The notes beneath the pieces were generated by a model. That model searched no databases. It saw nothing but the letters and a program-made list of their open reading frames with translations, and was not told the DNA's origin. This document shows, in pieces, positions 36,997 through 50,454 of a stretch of 64,000 nt of DNA. Numbering within the stretch: the stretch's first letter is position 1; each line of letters starts with the position of its first letter. The position numbers were made by a program, and so were the translations under genes. Source of the DNA: Chrysomallon squamiferum (taxonomy: Eukaryota > Animalia > Mollusca); assembly GCA_012295275.1 (NCBI GenBank), contig CM022676.1, forward strand, positions 1,302,001 through 1,366,000, given 5' to 3'.

Positions 36997-38172
36997 TTCT
37001 AAATGGGAGATTAACTTACAAAACGTGTAGTCTTCTTTTGTTCAAAAAGGAACTTTTTATATTTTCATATCAAACATAATAAACATAATGATAATAATAA
37101 CTATAGTTGCTAACTTTATAGGGTTTTAGTAAAAGAATACTATCTATTAATTTCTATTTTTCTCTCTATTCAGTTTGTAGTTTTATTTAGTTTTATTTAG
37201 TTTTTTTTGTTTGTATTATTTATTACGTTTTCTTACAATTATACATAGTCACTTGAAGATAACCTGATCTTTGAAAGAAAGGAATATTTAGTTACACATT
37301 TTATGTATTTTTCTGCTTTGTATAAAATAATAATATACAAAAATTATTAATAAAATTAATTTTAGCACTATCCTCTTCATTTGTTTTGTTTTGCTTTTCT
37401 TATAAATTATTTGATATTTTTATTTCATTTTATTTTTAATTACAGTATTCTCTTAAATTTCTCAAAATATATGCATATAATACCTGTTCATATAAAATGT
37501 ATGTGACGTAAATCATAATTTTATCTTTAGAACAGATACAGATAGAAACTTGTACTATTATTTATAAATTTGAATACACGAATTAAATTCTAAAAATACC
37601 TCTACAGAAAATCTCGCAATGGAAGAAAATTAACCAGCAAAAGTAAAAAACATACTCTTATTTAACTTTGTATAACTGTTCAGGAAATGAAATTATATTA
37701 CACAAAATTAACCCACTTCTAAAGCATAGTAGAAGATTTATTAATTTTTTGTATTCTTTAGTTTATTTATTTTTTAAATGATTTTATTTGATATTTTGAT
37801 GTCATTTTATTATACTTTATTCACATTAAATTCTTAAAATACTTGTGTAGAACAGATATACATACAGAGAAATTCTATTATTTATACATTTGTATACATT
37901 ATATTGTTTTAAATTCTTAAAAATACCTCTATAGAATATCACATAATAGAAAAAAAAAAAAAAAAAAAAAAAAAAAACAATTAACCTAAGAAAAGTAAAG
38001 AACATACTTTTATTTAACTCTGTACAGAAAATGAAATTATATTGCACATTATTGCAGAGGTACAAATTAATTCACTTCTAAAGCGTAATTCAGAATTTAA
38101 TAATTCACTTAAAAAACTAAAGAAACAAAACTCTTTTTCAAATGCTGTATATATAAAAAAGAAGAAATTAAC

Positions 38173-38203
<31 letters not shown>

Positions 38204-38372
38204 TAAACGTCAAATACAGGGTTTGTTAACTCAATACAGGAGATGAAATATAGCCAGCTTTGTGCATTTTACAGATTTCTGAAAGCCCGAATAATTGGTT
38301 CAGTATTAATAGTCTTTCTTTCTTTCATTTTTATTTTTTTGAATTATTATTTTAAATATTTATTATTATTGC

Positions 38373-38403
<31 letters not shown>

Positions 38404-40180
38404 ATTGCTGTTGCTGTTCTTGTATTTTAATTTATGTATTTATTTATTGCTTTAATTTTTTTATAATAATAATAATAAAAAGAAGAAAATAAGAACTGCT
38501 TTTAAAAACTAATAATTTAAAAACTGACACACAACTGAATGTCAAAGTTCACGAGGCTATGTATTACATTTAGTAACACCATAAATAAAATACACACAAC
38601 CAGTAGTTCTGCAATAATAACAACAGCAGCCACAACATACTATTAATGATTTATTTACAAACTTTACTTCCGTCACTGTTATAGGCTTAATATCACGGGG
38701 TTTCTCCGAAATGTGATTCAGCAAGTTTAGTTATTGTTAATTTTCACCTTGTACAGTTAAATCAAAACGTCACATTTTGACCAAATATTTTAATTTATTT
38801 TACCTTATAAATTAATTAATCGTTTAATGTCCATTTCTTTTTGTCATATATTTCAGATGTGATAATAGTTGTTAAATTTAATTTTGACAGTGTCACATTT
38901 ATTCTCGGAAATTTCCACGCCACAAATAATTGAAATCGCTGAATCACGTTTCGGAGAAACCTCGTGATATAAAGCCTGTTATTAGAATAATGACGCTTGT
39001 GAAATCAGGAAGTAGTTGAAGGGGAAAACAAAAACAAAACACAACAATTCCAATGTGCCGAAAGAAAAGTTTGTAAATAAATAAATAAATATTATTTTGT
39101 TGCTGTTGTTATTGCAGAACTACTGGTATTATATAATTTAGGCTCGATATCTTTGTGAAAAACGATGATTCAAATCTCCTACCTGTTTACGTTTAAGCTT
39201 TGTCTGGCGTAGAAATTTTCTTCACCGTCGCTCAGTAAAACATTTGGATATCATTTTGTATATAAACTGTAATAGTTTATAGCCGGGTCAGGTTATAAAT
39301 CCAGTTATGTGTCAATTTTTATTTTAAAAGCAATTCTTTTTCTTCTTCTACTTCTTCTTGTTGTTTATATACAATTTCTGATGTACATTATTGTATAGAA
39401 AATTTTCAAATAGCAAACTCAAAACAGCTGCTTCGTTACAGTATCTAATCTGTATTTGAAGAAGGAGAACATTTCCAGAAACAGTGATTGTTATGCTCCA
39501 CTTCAAATGCTTCTTGATTTCAATTGACGTCATTATTCTAATAAAAAGCTTTATGTCTCGAGTTTCTCCGAAACGTGATTCAGCGAGTTCAGTTACTTTA
39601 GCTTGAAAATGAATTATTTTTAAAACATTAAATCAAGAAGCATTTGAAGTGGAGCATAACAATCACTGTTTCTGGAAATGTTCTCCTACTTCAAATACGT
39701 ACGAAATATTTACTATTAATATTTATTAAATTTCTTACCAGTGTTTCGAGACAATTTCTGATGTAAATTCACGTAAAGAAAATGTGAAAATAACAAACTG
39801 GACCACAGTCGCTTACTTGTATTACAAAATCTGGATTTGAAAGCGGAGATCATTTGCAGAAAAGTGTAACGAAATAAAAGTACTGCGAATCTAAATAAAC
39901 ACAAGTTAATAATAATAATAATAATTGGTAATAGTAGTAGTAGTAGCAGTAGTTGTTTTTGTTGTATTGCTGTAGAGTAGTAATTGCTAAAACTCGGAAA
40001 CTTTTTAAAATTCATAATAAAGATGATGTTTGTACAGCGGCCTTATGAATGTTTGCTTTATATTACATAAAACTTATCGAATGATGTTTTTCGTGAAAAA
40101 TTTCATTTATTATTGCTACTTCATGCAAATATTGCTTTCTTTTTATATTTTTTTTTATTCCACAGATTGATTGTTGAAGA

Positions 40181-40936
40181 ATGGCGGGTTCTGATCAAAG
40201 GCAAAATAACAAATATTTGATTACCATGAATGCTAATGGACCTGATGGACGGGACCAGAGAGACAGAAGAAAAGAATTGCTTGCCAGGTTATTACGTGAC
40301 GAAAAGCCGCTGTTAGTTTTCATGCAAGAGTTTGTTTGGGCTGATATTGATGATTCATGGGATTACGATGTGAACAGCCGCTATCAGTACACAGGGTACG
40401 TAGAGGAACGAGAGCGGAAAGGAGTTGGATTCGTTTTTAACCCAAAAATGGTAAAACTGATCCATCTTGATGAGCAGATACGAGCTCAATGCGAAATATC
40501 TTTTCAATACCGCCACAGAATGTATATGTGTGTTATGAACATTGGAGATTTTGAATGTCTATGTATTTCTTGGCATGGACCTCATAATGGTTTAGATAAA
40601 GATGATAAGAACAGAATTTTCTTGGATTTCCTTTCTATGGTGAGCAAGATGAAAACAAAGTTTAAGTGTCCTGTGATTGTCGGTGGTGATTTCAATCTGA
40701 AAGCAGAAACTGTTCGGGAGTACATTCCTAGAGTGCGTGTTGAGGGGTGCTTTCCTCAAAACCTGCAGGGCTTACAGGTGTACAGTGCAACTGAAGAGTC
40801 AATAGACATGTTCCTGGTTGATAAAGGTTTAAAGTTTAACGAAGAAGGACCTGGACCTCGGTCGATTAACTGGTTTAATACAGCACGACAAGATTTCTTC
40901 GATCACGACGCACTACCACTTCGACTACAGAACTAA
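40181..40936 (+). CDS. Stand-alone EEP domain protein, type B copy 1 (251 aa), intact single coding exon
   Basis: Full EEP catalytic motif series: ITMNANG, FMQE, SWHGP, IVGGDFN, SIDMF, FDHD; pyrimidine-rich acceptor TTTTATTCCACAG ends 15 nt before the ATG. Confidence 0.88.
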   Translation: MAGSDQRQNNKYLITMNANGPDGRDQRDRRKELLARLLRDEKPLLVFMQEFVWADIDDSWDYDVNSRYQYTGYVEERERKGVGFVFNPKMVKLIHLDEQIRAQCEISFQYRHRMYMCVMNIGDFECLCISWHGPHNGLDKDDKNRIFLDFLSMVSKMKTKFKCPVIVGGDFNLKAETVREYIPRVRVEGCFPQNLQGLQVYSATEESIDMFLVDKGLKFNEEGPGPRSINWFNTARQDFFDHDALPLRLQN

Positions 40937-41972
40937 AAAAAATCTTAATGGGAGATTTTCTCACAAACGGTGTAGTCTTCTTTAGTCCAGAGAGGAACTT
41001 ATAATATTTTCATAACAAACATAATAAACATTATTATTATTAATAATACTTATAGTTGCTAACTTCAGAGATTTTTAATAATAGAAGACAGAGGAGAAAA
41101 GAGTTGGATTTGTTTTTAACAAAGAAATATTAATTTTTAATTTTTCTGTCTATTCAGTTTGCAGTTTTGTTTAGTTTTATTTGTTTTTGTTTGTATTATT
41201 TAATACGTTTTCTTACAATTAAACATAGTCGCTTGAAGACAGTCTGATCTTTGAAAGAAAGGAATATTTACTAACAATTTTTTTGTATTTTTCTGTTTTA
41301 TATAAAATAATAATAAACAAATTATTAATAAAATTAATTTTAGTGGTATCTTCTTCATTTGTTTTGTTTTTTCTTTGATATTTTTATGATTTGTATTTTT
41401 AATTACAGTATTCACTTAAAATTCTTAAAATACTTGCATATAATACCTGTTCGTATTACAAATATATATTGTAAATCATAATTTTATCTTTAGAACCGAT
41501 ACAGATACAAACTTATACTATTATTTATAAATTTTAATACAGCTTCATATTATTAAAAATGAATGTATTTACATATATTTATCAATGATAGATATAAAAT
41601 TAAGTCGGTAATAGTGACTATTAATATTTATTAAACTTCCTACCCTCTAAAATATCAATATTTAAATACAATTTTTGATGTATATTCATATAACAAAAAG
41701 CTTACTTACATTATCAAATCTGTATTTTAAAAAGGAAATCATTTGCCGAAAAAGTCTAACGGAATAATATAAAAATACTGCGAATCGAAAAAAAGCAAAG
41801 TTTGTGCTTAAAGTAACAACAATAACATGATTACTGGTATTATTATTATTATTTTATATTTGTTGTTGTTATTGTTATTATTAAATCATAAATCTAAGAG
41901 GTATTAATTTAAATTTATCCATTTTTTTATTCAGTAGTATTATCCAGTAGTATAATAATAATAATAATAATA

Positions 41973-42031
<59 letters not shown>

Positions 42032-42762
42032 AAAAAGAAGAAAAAAATATCTGATTTTAAAATAATTAATAATTGACACACAATATAGCTATATGTCAAA
42101 GTTCAACCGGCTATTTATGAAACTCATATTTATATTATGTAAGTTAAGATGCAGCAACAACTTATTTATTTATTTATTTATAAGTACTAGTAGTAGAAGC
42201 AGAAATAGTAGATAGTAGTAGTTGTCGTTTGTGGTAATTCCTACATCCTGATAGAGGTAAAACGGGTAATGTTTTAAAAATAATTCATTTTCAAGCTAAA
42301 GTAACTGAACTCGCTGAATCACGTTTCGGAGAAACTCGAGACATAAAGCTTTTTATTAGAATAATGACGTCAATTGAAATCAAGAAGCATTTGAAGTGGA
42401 GCATAACAATCACTGTTTCTGGAAATGTTCTCCTATTTCAAATAACTAAGCAGCTGTTTGCAGTTTGTTATTTGTACATAAGTAATAGTAGTAGAAGTAG
42501 TAATTGTGGGCAGTAGTTGTTGTAGAGTGGTAATTCCAACAGCCTGATAGAGTAAAACGGTTAATGTTTAAAAAATAATGAATTATTTTACTTATAAATT
42601 AATTAATCATTTAAGTTATGAATCTATCTTTTTTTCTTCTTCTTCTTCTTCTTTTTGTTTTCAAATATTTCAAATATCGTAAGAATTGTCACACATATTC
42701 TTTAATTTTTTCTCGAAAAGGTTTATTTTATTACCATTTCCGCCTCTATTTATATTTATGTC

Positions 42763-42802
<40 letters not shown>

Positions 42803-44532
42803 CACCATAGTAATAGTAATAATAATTATTATTAATTGTTGTATTAGTAGCAGCAGTTGTTGTTGTTGTATTGATGTCGAGCTGTAATTTCTAAACCTGG
42901 GAATGTTTTAAAAATAATTTATTATAAAATAGGAAGACCAATATCCGATTCGTTTTAAATAAAACTTATTGAGTCCTTGCTGATTGTGAAGGATTTACAA
43001 CTGGATATATAATACACAACATGAATAGACAACTGTCATTACTAAACATAACTGGAAAGTACACAATGATTTTCTGATTAAGACAGTAATCTATAAAAAT
43101 CGGAGCGATGTATTTTTTAGTAAGTTTGTGTTAAATTAGCTTACAACACTACACACTCAGTTATTACAGTTTTAAATTCACTGTATTCACAGCATGGCTG
43201 CACATATTTACTTTAAACAGACCGGCTAAAACTAATAAGACACGAGACGTATAAAATTGCAGCCTGTAATGAGTGGTTCACTGGACACATTAATAGATTA
43301 ACTACATCTTCATCAGTTACCAACAATTCCTTGAAAACCAGGACGTTTTGTTTGTACCGTAATGTCATAAATTATCTGAATGCAAACAAACTGATGTTCC
43401 GCAATCTGTTAAAGATTATTTTAGTAAATATATATATTTATTAATCCTTTTGTAATAAATTAAAATTATACTGATACCCACTGACTGAATATTTCTGGAA
43501 AACACTGAGTGACTGGCAGTGACAGTCAGAAATATGTTTGAAATTAGGCACAATACAGAATGAATGTATTTACACAATTATATCAGTAACACATATAAAA
43601 TTGTAAATACTGAATATTTATTATAATTTCTTACCCTCTAAAATTGGAAATACTGAATATTAATATTTATAAAAAATTTTCCCTCTAAAATATCACTGTT
43701 AATATACAATTTCTGATATATATTCGTGTAAAGAAAATGTTCAAATAACAAACTACACCAAAGTCGCTTAGTTATATTATCGAATCTTTATTTGAAAGCG
43801 TTGATCATTTGCAGAAACAATGTAACGAAATAAAATAGATACTGCGAATCAAAAATTCACAAAGCTTGTATTTATAATAATAATAATAAGAAGAAGAAGA
43901 AGAAGAAGAAGAAAAGAAGAACTGCTTTTAAAAATAATAACTTAAAAATTGCCACATAACTGGATGTCAAACTTCACCAGGCTATGTCATACGTATGAAA
44001 GTATTATATATAATAACAACATAAATAATATATATAATACCAGCAGTTCTGCAGTGATAACAGCAGCAACAACCACAATATTTTTATTTATTTAATTCTT
44101 TCTTTCTTTCTTTCTTTCTTTACACAGCAGTGGACATTTTCTGATTGTTATGCTCTTCTTCCAACTACTTCCTGATTTCACTGACTCATTATTCTAAGAA
44201 TAGGTTTTACCTCACCAGTTTTCTCCGAAACGTGATTCAGAGAATTCAGTTAGTTTTAACCTTGAACAGTTAAATCAAACTGTTCACTTTTGTTAAGATA
44301 TTTTAATTTCTTTTATTGATAAATTAAATAATCATTTAACTCTCATTGCTTTTTGTCATATTTTTCAAATTTGATTATAATTGTTTAGTTTAATTTTGAC
44401 AGTGGCTTTCTCAGCTAGACATAATCTTGGAATTTTCCAAACGCCTCCCTCACCGCAGTTATGCTCCCTAATAGTAATAGTAATAATAATAATACTAATA
44501 ACAATAACAATAACAATAATAATAACAATAAC

Positions 44533-44565
<33 letters not shown>

Positions 44566-45745
44566 CAGTAATAGTAGTAGAAGTTGTAATTGTGGGTAGT
44601 AGTTGTTGTAGAGCCTGATAGAGTAAAACGGGTAATGTTTAAAAAATAATTAATTATTTTACTTATAAATTAATTAATCATTTAAGTTATGTATCTTTCT
44701 TTTTCTTTTTCTTCTTGTTTTTTTTTCTTCAAATATTTCAAATATCGTAAGAATTGTCACACATATTCTTTAAATTTTTCTCGAAAAGGTTTATTTTATT
44801 ACCATTTCCCCCTCTATTTAGGTCTCAAATAATAATAATAATAATAATAATCACCATAGTAATAGTAATAATAATTATTATTAATTGTTGTATTAGTAGC
44901 AGCAGTTGTTTTTGTTGTATTGATGTCGAGCTGTAATTTCTAAACCTGGGAATGTTTTAGAAATAATTTATTATAAAATGGGAAGACGAATATCCGATTC
45001 GTTTTAAATAAAACTTACTGAGTCCTTGCTGATTGTGAAGGATTTACAACTGGATATATGAATAGACAACTGTCATTATTAAACGTAACTGGAAAATATA
45101 CTTAATGATTTTCTGATGAAGACAATAATCTACAAAAAAACTAGTAAGTTTGTGTTAAATTAGATTACAACACTAGACACTAAGTTATTATAGTTTTAAA
45201 TTCACTGTATTCACAGCATGCTTGCACATATTTACTTGAAACAGAACGTTTTGTTTCTACTATAATGTAATAATCTCATTAAATGCAAACAAATTGATAT
45301 TTCGCAATATGTAAAAGTATATTTAAGAAATTATATACATATATATATTTAAAATCCGTTGGTAATAAAAAAAAAATGATGCTTATACCCACTGACTGAG
45401 TATTTCTGGTAAACACTGAGTGACTGGCAGTGACAGTGAGAAATATGTTTGAAATTAGGTACAAAACAGAATGAATGTATTTACATATTTATATCAATAA
45501 CAGGCATAAAATTAAGTCGGAAATATTGACTATTAATATTTATTAAATTTCTTACACTCTAAAATATCAGAGTTTATATACAAATTCTGATGTACATTCA
45601 TGTGAAGAAAATGTTCAAATAACAAACTGCACCACAGTTATACTTATGTTAGGCTTTTAAAAACAATAACTATTAACTAATGATGATGACTAGTTTAAAA
45701 ACAGTTATTTATTTTCCTTACAAATTAATTCATCATTTAAGGCAC

Positions 45746-45782
<37 letters not shown>

Positions 45783-46165
45783 TTTGTCCTATATGGTTAT
45801 AATTGTCATATTTTATGTGAACACTGACTTCCGCAGTCACGCATATCGTCGAAATGTTTCTCAAACTTTTATTTCATTTTTTAAAATTGGTTTTTTCCCA
45901 AATAATAATAATTTAAAAAAAATAAAAATAATAATAATAATAATAATAATAATTGATAATAGTAGTAGTAGTAGCAGTAGCAGTAGTTGTTTTGGTTGTA
46001 TTGCTGTAATTGCTAAAACTGGGAATGTTTTTAAAATAATTTATTGTAAAATGTGAAGATGAATATCCGCTTCGTATTACTAAAACTTACCGTTATTATT
46101 GTTACTTTGCGCAAATATTGCTTAGATTTTATTTCTTTTTTATTCTAAAGATTGACCGATGAAGA

Positions 46166-47043
46166 ATGGAGACTGCTGATTTGATTAACATGATCGCTAA
46201 TGGACCCACTTCCCGGGGCATGGCAGTCAGAAGAAAAACAGTTATTGCCAAGTTATTAAAAGAAGAAAAATACTTTTTGATTTTCATGCAAGAATTTCTT
46301 TGGAAAGATTTCCATGTATTTAAGGATGTGCCAGCCGAATGTGTGTACAGAGGGAACAGAGAAGCTGATTCGTTTTTAGAACAGAAACGATGAGATTTCT
46401 TGATGACGAAGATGCTCTTAATAACAAATTAATCGAATGCAACATACCTGATAATGTCAGCAGTCGTATGAGTGTTTGTATGATGGAAGGAAGATGTTCA
46501 AAATTTCTCTTTGTTTCTTGGCATGGACCTAACAAAAAGCCCAAGGAAGTCGCTGTCGCCGAGTTATGGGAGGAGGTCAATAAAAATGTCGCCAGTTTAT
46601 CCGACGAGCTCAAGAAAAAGTTCGCCATTTTTTCCCAGAAGGTGAATGAAAATGTCGCCAGTTTTTCCGAGAAGTACAAAAAAAATCCTGCCGATTCATC
46701 CGAGGAGACCAGGAGTATTGCTTTATTCAAGATAAATCGCGCCAGAAAATTCGGAGAAAAGGTAATTGAGATGAAAGAAAAATCTGGATGTCGTGTGATT
46801 GTCAGTGGTGATTTCAATCTGAAAGCAGAAACTGTTCAGAAGTGCATTCCTAAAGAACTGCGTGTGATCAGTCCATCTGAAGTCTCAATAGACATGTTCC
46901 TGCTTGACAAAACAGTAACACAAATCGGTGATATTGAGTCGGAAAAGTTGGACGATGTTGACGGAAAAGGAGCGTTCGATCATCCCCTGCTAAAGTTAAA
47001 AGTTGAACTTTATATAAGATGCCCCTGGTGCTTCTTTGAGTAA
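46166..47043 (+). CDS. Stand-alone EEP domain protein, type A copy 2, one frameshift in a T-run
   Basis: ORFs 46166-46393 and 46390-47043 join if T5 at 46373-46377 is T6 as in A1; same EEP motifs as A1. Confidence 0.78.
46558..46712 (+). repeat. In-frame 33-bp (11-aa) degenerate repeat, ~5 units, inside EEP type A (also ~36510-36665)
   Basis: Units start with GCC at 46558, 46591, 46624, 46657 and 46690: AELWEEVNKNV / ASLSDELKKKF / AIFSQKVNENV / ASFSEKYKKNP / ADSSEET. Confidence 0.85.
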
Positions 47044-48216
47044 TTCTAAATGGGAGATTAACTTACAAAACGTGTAGTCTTCTTTTGTTCAAAAAGGAAC
47101 TTTTTATATTTTCATATCAAACATAATAAACATAATGATAATAATAACTATAGTTGCTAACTTTATAGGGTTTTAGTAAAAGAATACTATCTATTAATTT
47201 CTATTTTTCTCTCTATTCAGTTTGTAGTTTTATTTAGTTTTATTTAGTTTTTGTTTGTATTATTTATTACGTTTTCTTACAATTATACATAGTCACTTGA
47301 AGATAACCTGATCTTTGAAAGAAAGGAATATTTAGTTACACATTTTATGTATTTTTCTGCTTTGTATAAAATAATAATATACAAAAATTATTAATAAAAT
47401 TAATTTTAGCACTATCCTCTTCATTTGTTTTGTTTTGCTTTTCTTATAAATTATTTGATATTTTTATTTCATTTTATTTTTAATTACAGTATTCTCTTAA
47501 ATTTCTCAAAATACATGCATATAATACCTGTTCATATAAAATGTATGTGACGTAAATCATAATTTTATCTTTAGAACAGATACAGATAGAAACTTGTACT
47601 ATTATTTATAAATTTGAATACACGAATTAAATTCTAAAAATACCTCTACAGAAAATCTCGCAATGGAAGAAAATTAACCAGCAAAAGTAAAAAACATACT
47701 CTTATTTAACTTTGTATAACTGTTCAGGAAATGAAATTATATTACACAAAATTAACCCACTTCTAAAGCATAGTAGAAGATTTATTAATTTTTTGTATTC
47801 TTTAGTTTATTTATTTTTTAAATGATTTTATTTGATATTTTGATGTCATTTTATTATACTTTATTCACATTAAATTCTTAAAATACTTGTGTAGAACAGA
47901 TATACATACAGAGAAATTCTATTATTTATACATTTGTATACATTATATTGTTTTAAATTCTTAAAAATACCTCTATAGAATATCACATAATAGAAAAAAA
48001 AAAAAAAAAAAAAGAAAAAAACAATTAACCTAAGAAAAGTAAAGAACATACTTTTATTTAACTCTGTACAGAAAATGAAATTATATTGCACATTATTGCA
48101 GAGGTACAAATTAATTCACTTCTAAAGCGTAATTCAGAATTTAATAATTCACTTAAAAAACTAAAGAAACAAAACTCTTTTTCAAATGCTGTATATATAA
48201 AAAAGAAGAAATTAAC

Positions 48217-48247
<31 letters not shown>

Positions 48248-48416
48248 TAAACGTCAAATACAGGGTTTGTTAACTCAATACAGGAGATGAAATATAGCCA
48301 GCTTTGTGCATTTTACAGATTTCTGAAAGCCCGAATAATTGGTTCAGTATTAATAGTCTTTCTTTCTTTCATTTTTATTTTTTTGAATTATTATTTTAAA
48401 TATTTATTATTATTGC

Positions 48417-48456
<40 letters not shown>

Positions 48457-49775
48457 ATTGCTGTTCTTGTATTTTAATTTATGTATTTATTTATTGCTTT
48501 AATTTTTTTATAATAATAATAATAAAAAGAAGAAAATAAGAACTGCTTTTAAAAACTAATAATTTAAAAACTGACACACAACTGAATGTCAAAGTTCACG
48601 AGGCTATGTATTACATTTAGTAACACCATAAATAAAATACACAGAACCAGTAGTTCTGCAATAATAACAACAGCAGCCACAACATACTATTAATTATTTA
48701 TTTACAAACTTTACTTCCGTCACTGTTATAGGCTTAATATCACGGGGTTTCTCCGAAATGTGATTCAGCAAGTTTAGTTATTGTTAATTTTCACCTTGTA
48801 CAGTTAAATCAAAACGTCACATTTTGACCAAATATTTTAATTTATTTTACCTTATAAATTAATTAATCGTTTAATGTCCATTTTTTTTTTGTCATATATT
48901 TCAAATGTGATAATAGTTTGAAATATAATTTTGACAGTGTCACATTTATTCTCGGAAATTTCCACGCCACAAATAATTGAAATCGCTGAATCACGTTTCG
49001 GAGAAACCTCGTGATATAAAGCCTGTTATTAGAATAATGACGCTTGTGAAATCAGGAAGTAGTTGAAGGGGAAAACAAAAAAAAAAAACACAACAATTCC
49101 AATGTGCCGAAAGAAAAGTTTGTAAATAAATAAATAAATATTATTTTGTTGCTGTTGTTATTGCAGAACTACTGGTATTATATAATTTAGGCTCGATATC
49201 TTTGTGAAAAACGATGATTCAAATCTCCTACCTGTTTACGTTTAAGCTTTGTCTGGCGTAGAAATTTTCTTCACCGTCGCTCAGTAAAACATTTGGATAT
49301 CATTTTGTATATAAACTGTAATAGTTTATAGCCGGGTCAGGTTATAAATCCAGTTATGTGTCAATTTTTATTTTAAAAGCAATTCTTTTTCTTCTTCTAC
49401 TTCTTCTTGTTGTTTATATACAATTTCTGATGTACATTATTGTATAGAAAATTTTCAAATAGCAAACTCAAAACAGCTGCTTCGTTACAGTATCTAATCT
49501 GTATTTGAAGAAGGAGAACATTTCCAGAAACAGTGATTGTTATGCTCCATTTCAAATGCTTCTTGATTTCACTGACGTCATTATTCTAATAAAAAGCTTT
49601 ATGTCTCGAGTTTCTCCGAAACGTGATTCAGCGAGTTCAGTTACTTTTCACCTTGAAAATGAATTATTTTTAAAACATTGCCGGTTTTACCTCTATCAGG
49701 ATGTAAGAATTACCACAAACAACAACTACTACTATCTACTATTTCGACTTCTACCACTAGTACTTATTATTATTG

Positions 49776-49868
<93 letters not shown>

Positions 49869-50454
49869 GGTAGCATGCGCAGGGAGAGGTGTTTGGAAAG
49901 GTAAATGTTTCAGGGCAACATTTGTTTTTTAAAAGCGTGTGACTTATTGGTGTTACGTGCGTGTCGTAGATTATGAATTTATAAATTAGAATTACATGGA
50001 ATTATGCTAGTTTTAAGAAAGTATTAGTTAGGTTTCAGCAAACTGTTTTGGAACATTCTAAAAATGTTTATTAATACATAAATACCCTGTAAAATAACAT
50101 CAACATAAGCTAGAATGAAAGTGGATTGAATTAAGGTTTTATGTTTGCGTGACAGCTTTTCTGGCGGTGACTTTCATTTCAGATAATGACGAAACAGTTA
50201 ATGGAAAACTACATGTACGATATTTCATTCTGAGAGATCGTACAGTTTGGGCTATACTTTTACATTATACAAATATTTTAAATTATAATATCAAGATGTT
50301 TAATCATAATTAGTAATGAGTCTAAATAATTTTCGATAATGAAGGTTTCGTTTTATAATTCGTCAGTACAGGTGGATTTTTTTACATACTTTACACAAAT
50401 CAATTTTTGCCACGTTGCATTCTCATTTCTGGAATATTCGTTATGAATAATGAA

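Noticed and set aside
36075-46817. Minus-strand ORFs overlapping the EEP genes and ABCC exons
   Set aside because: Antisense shadows of real coding sequence.
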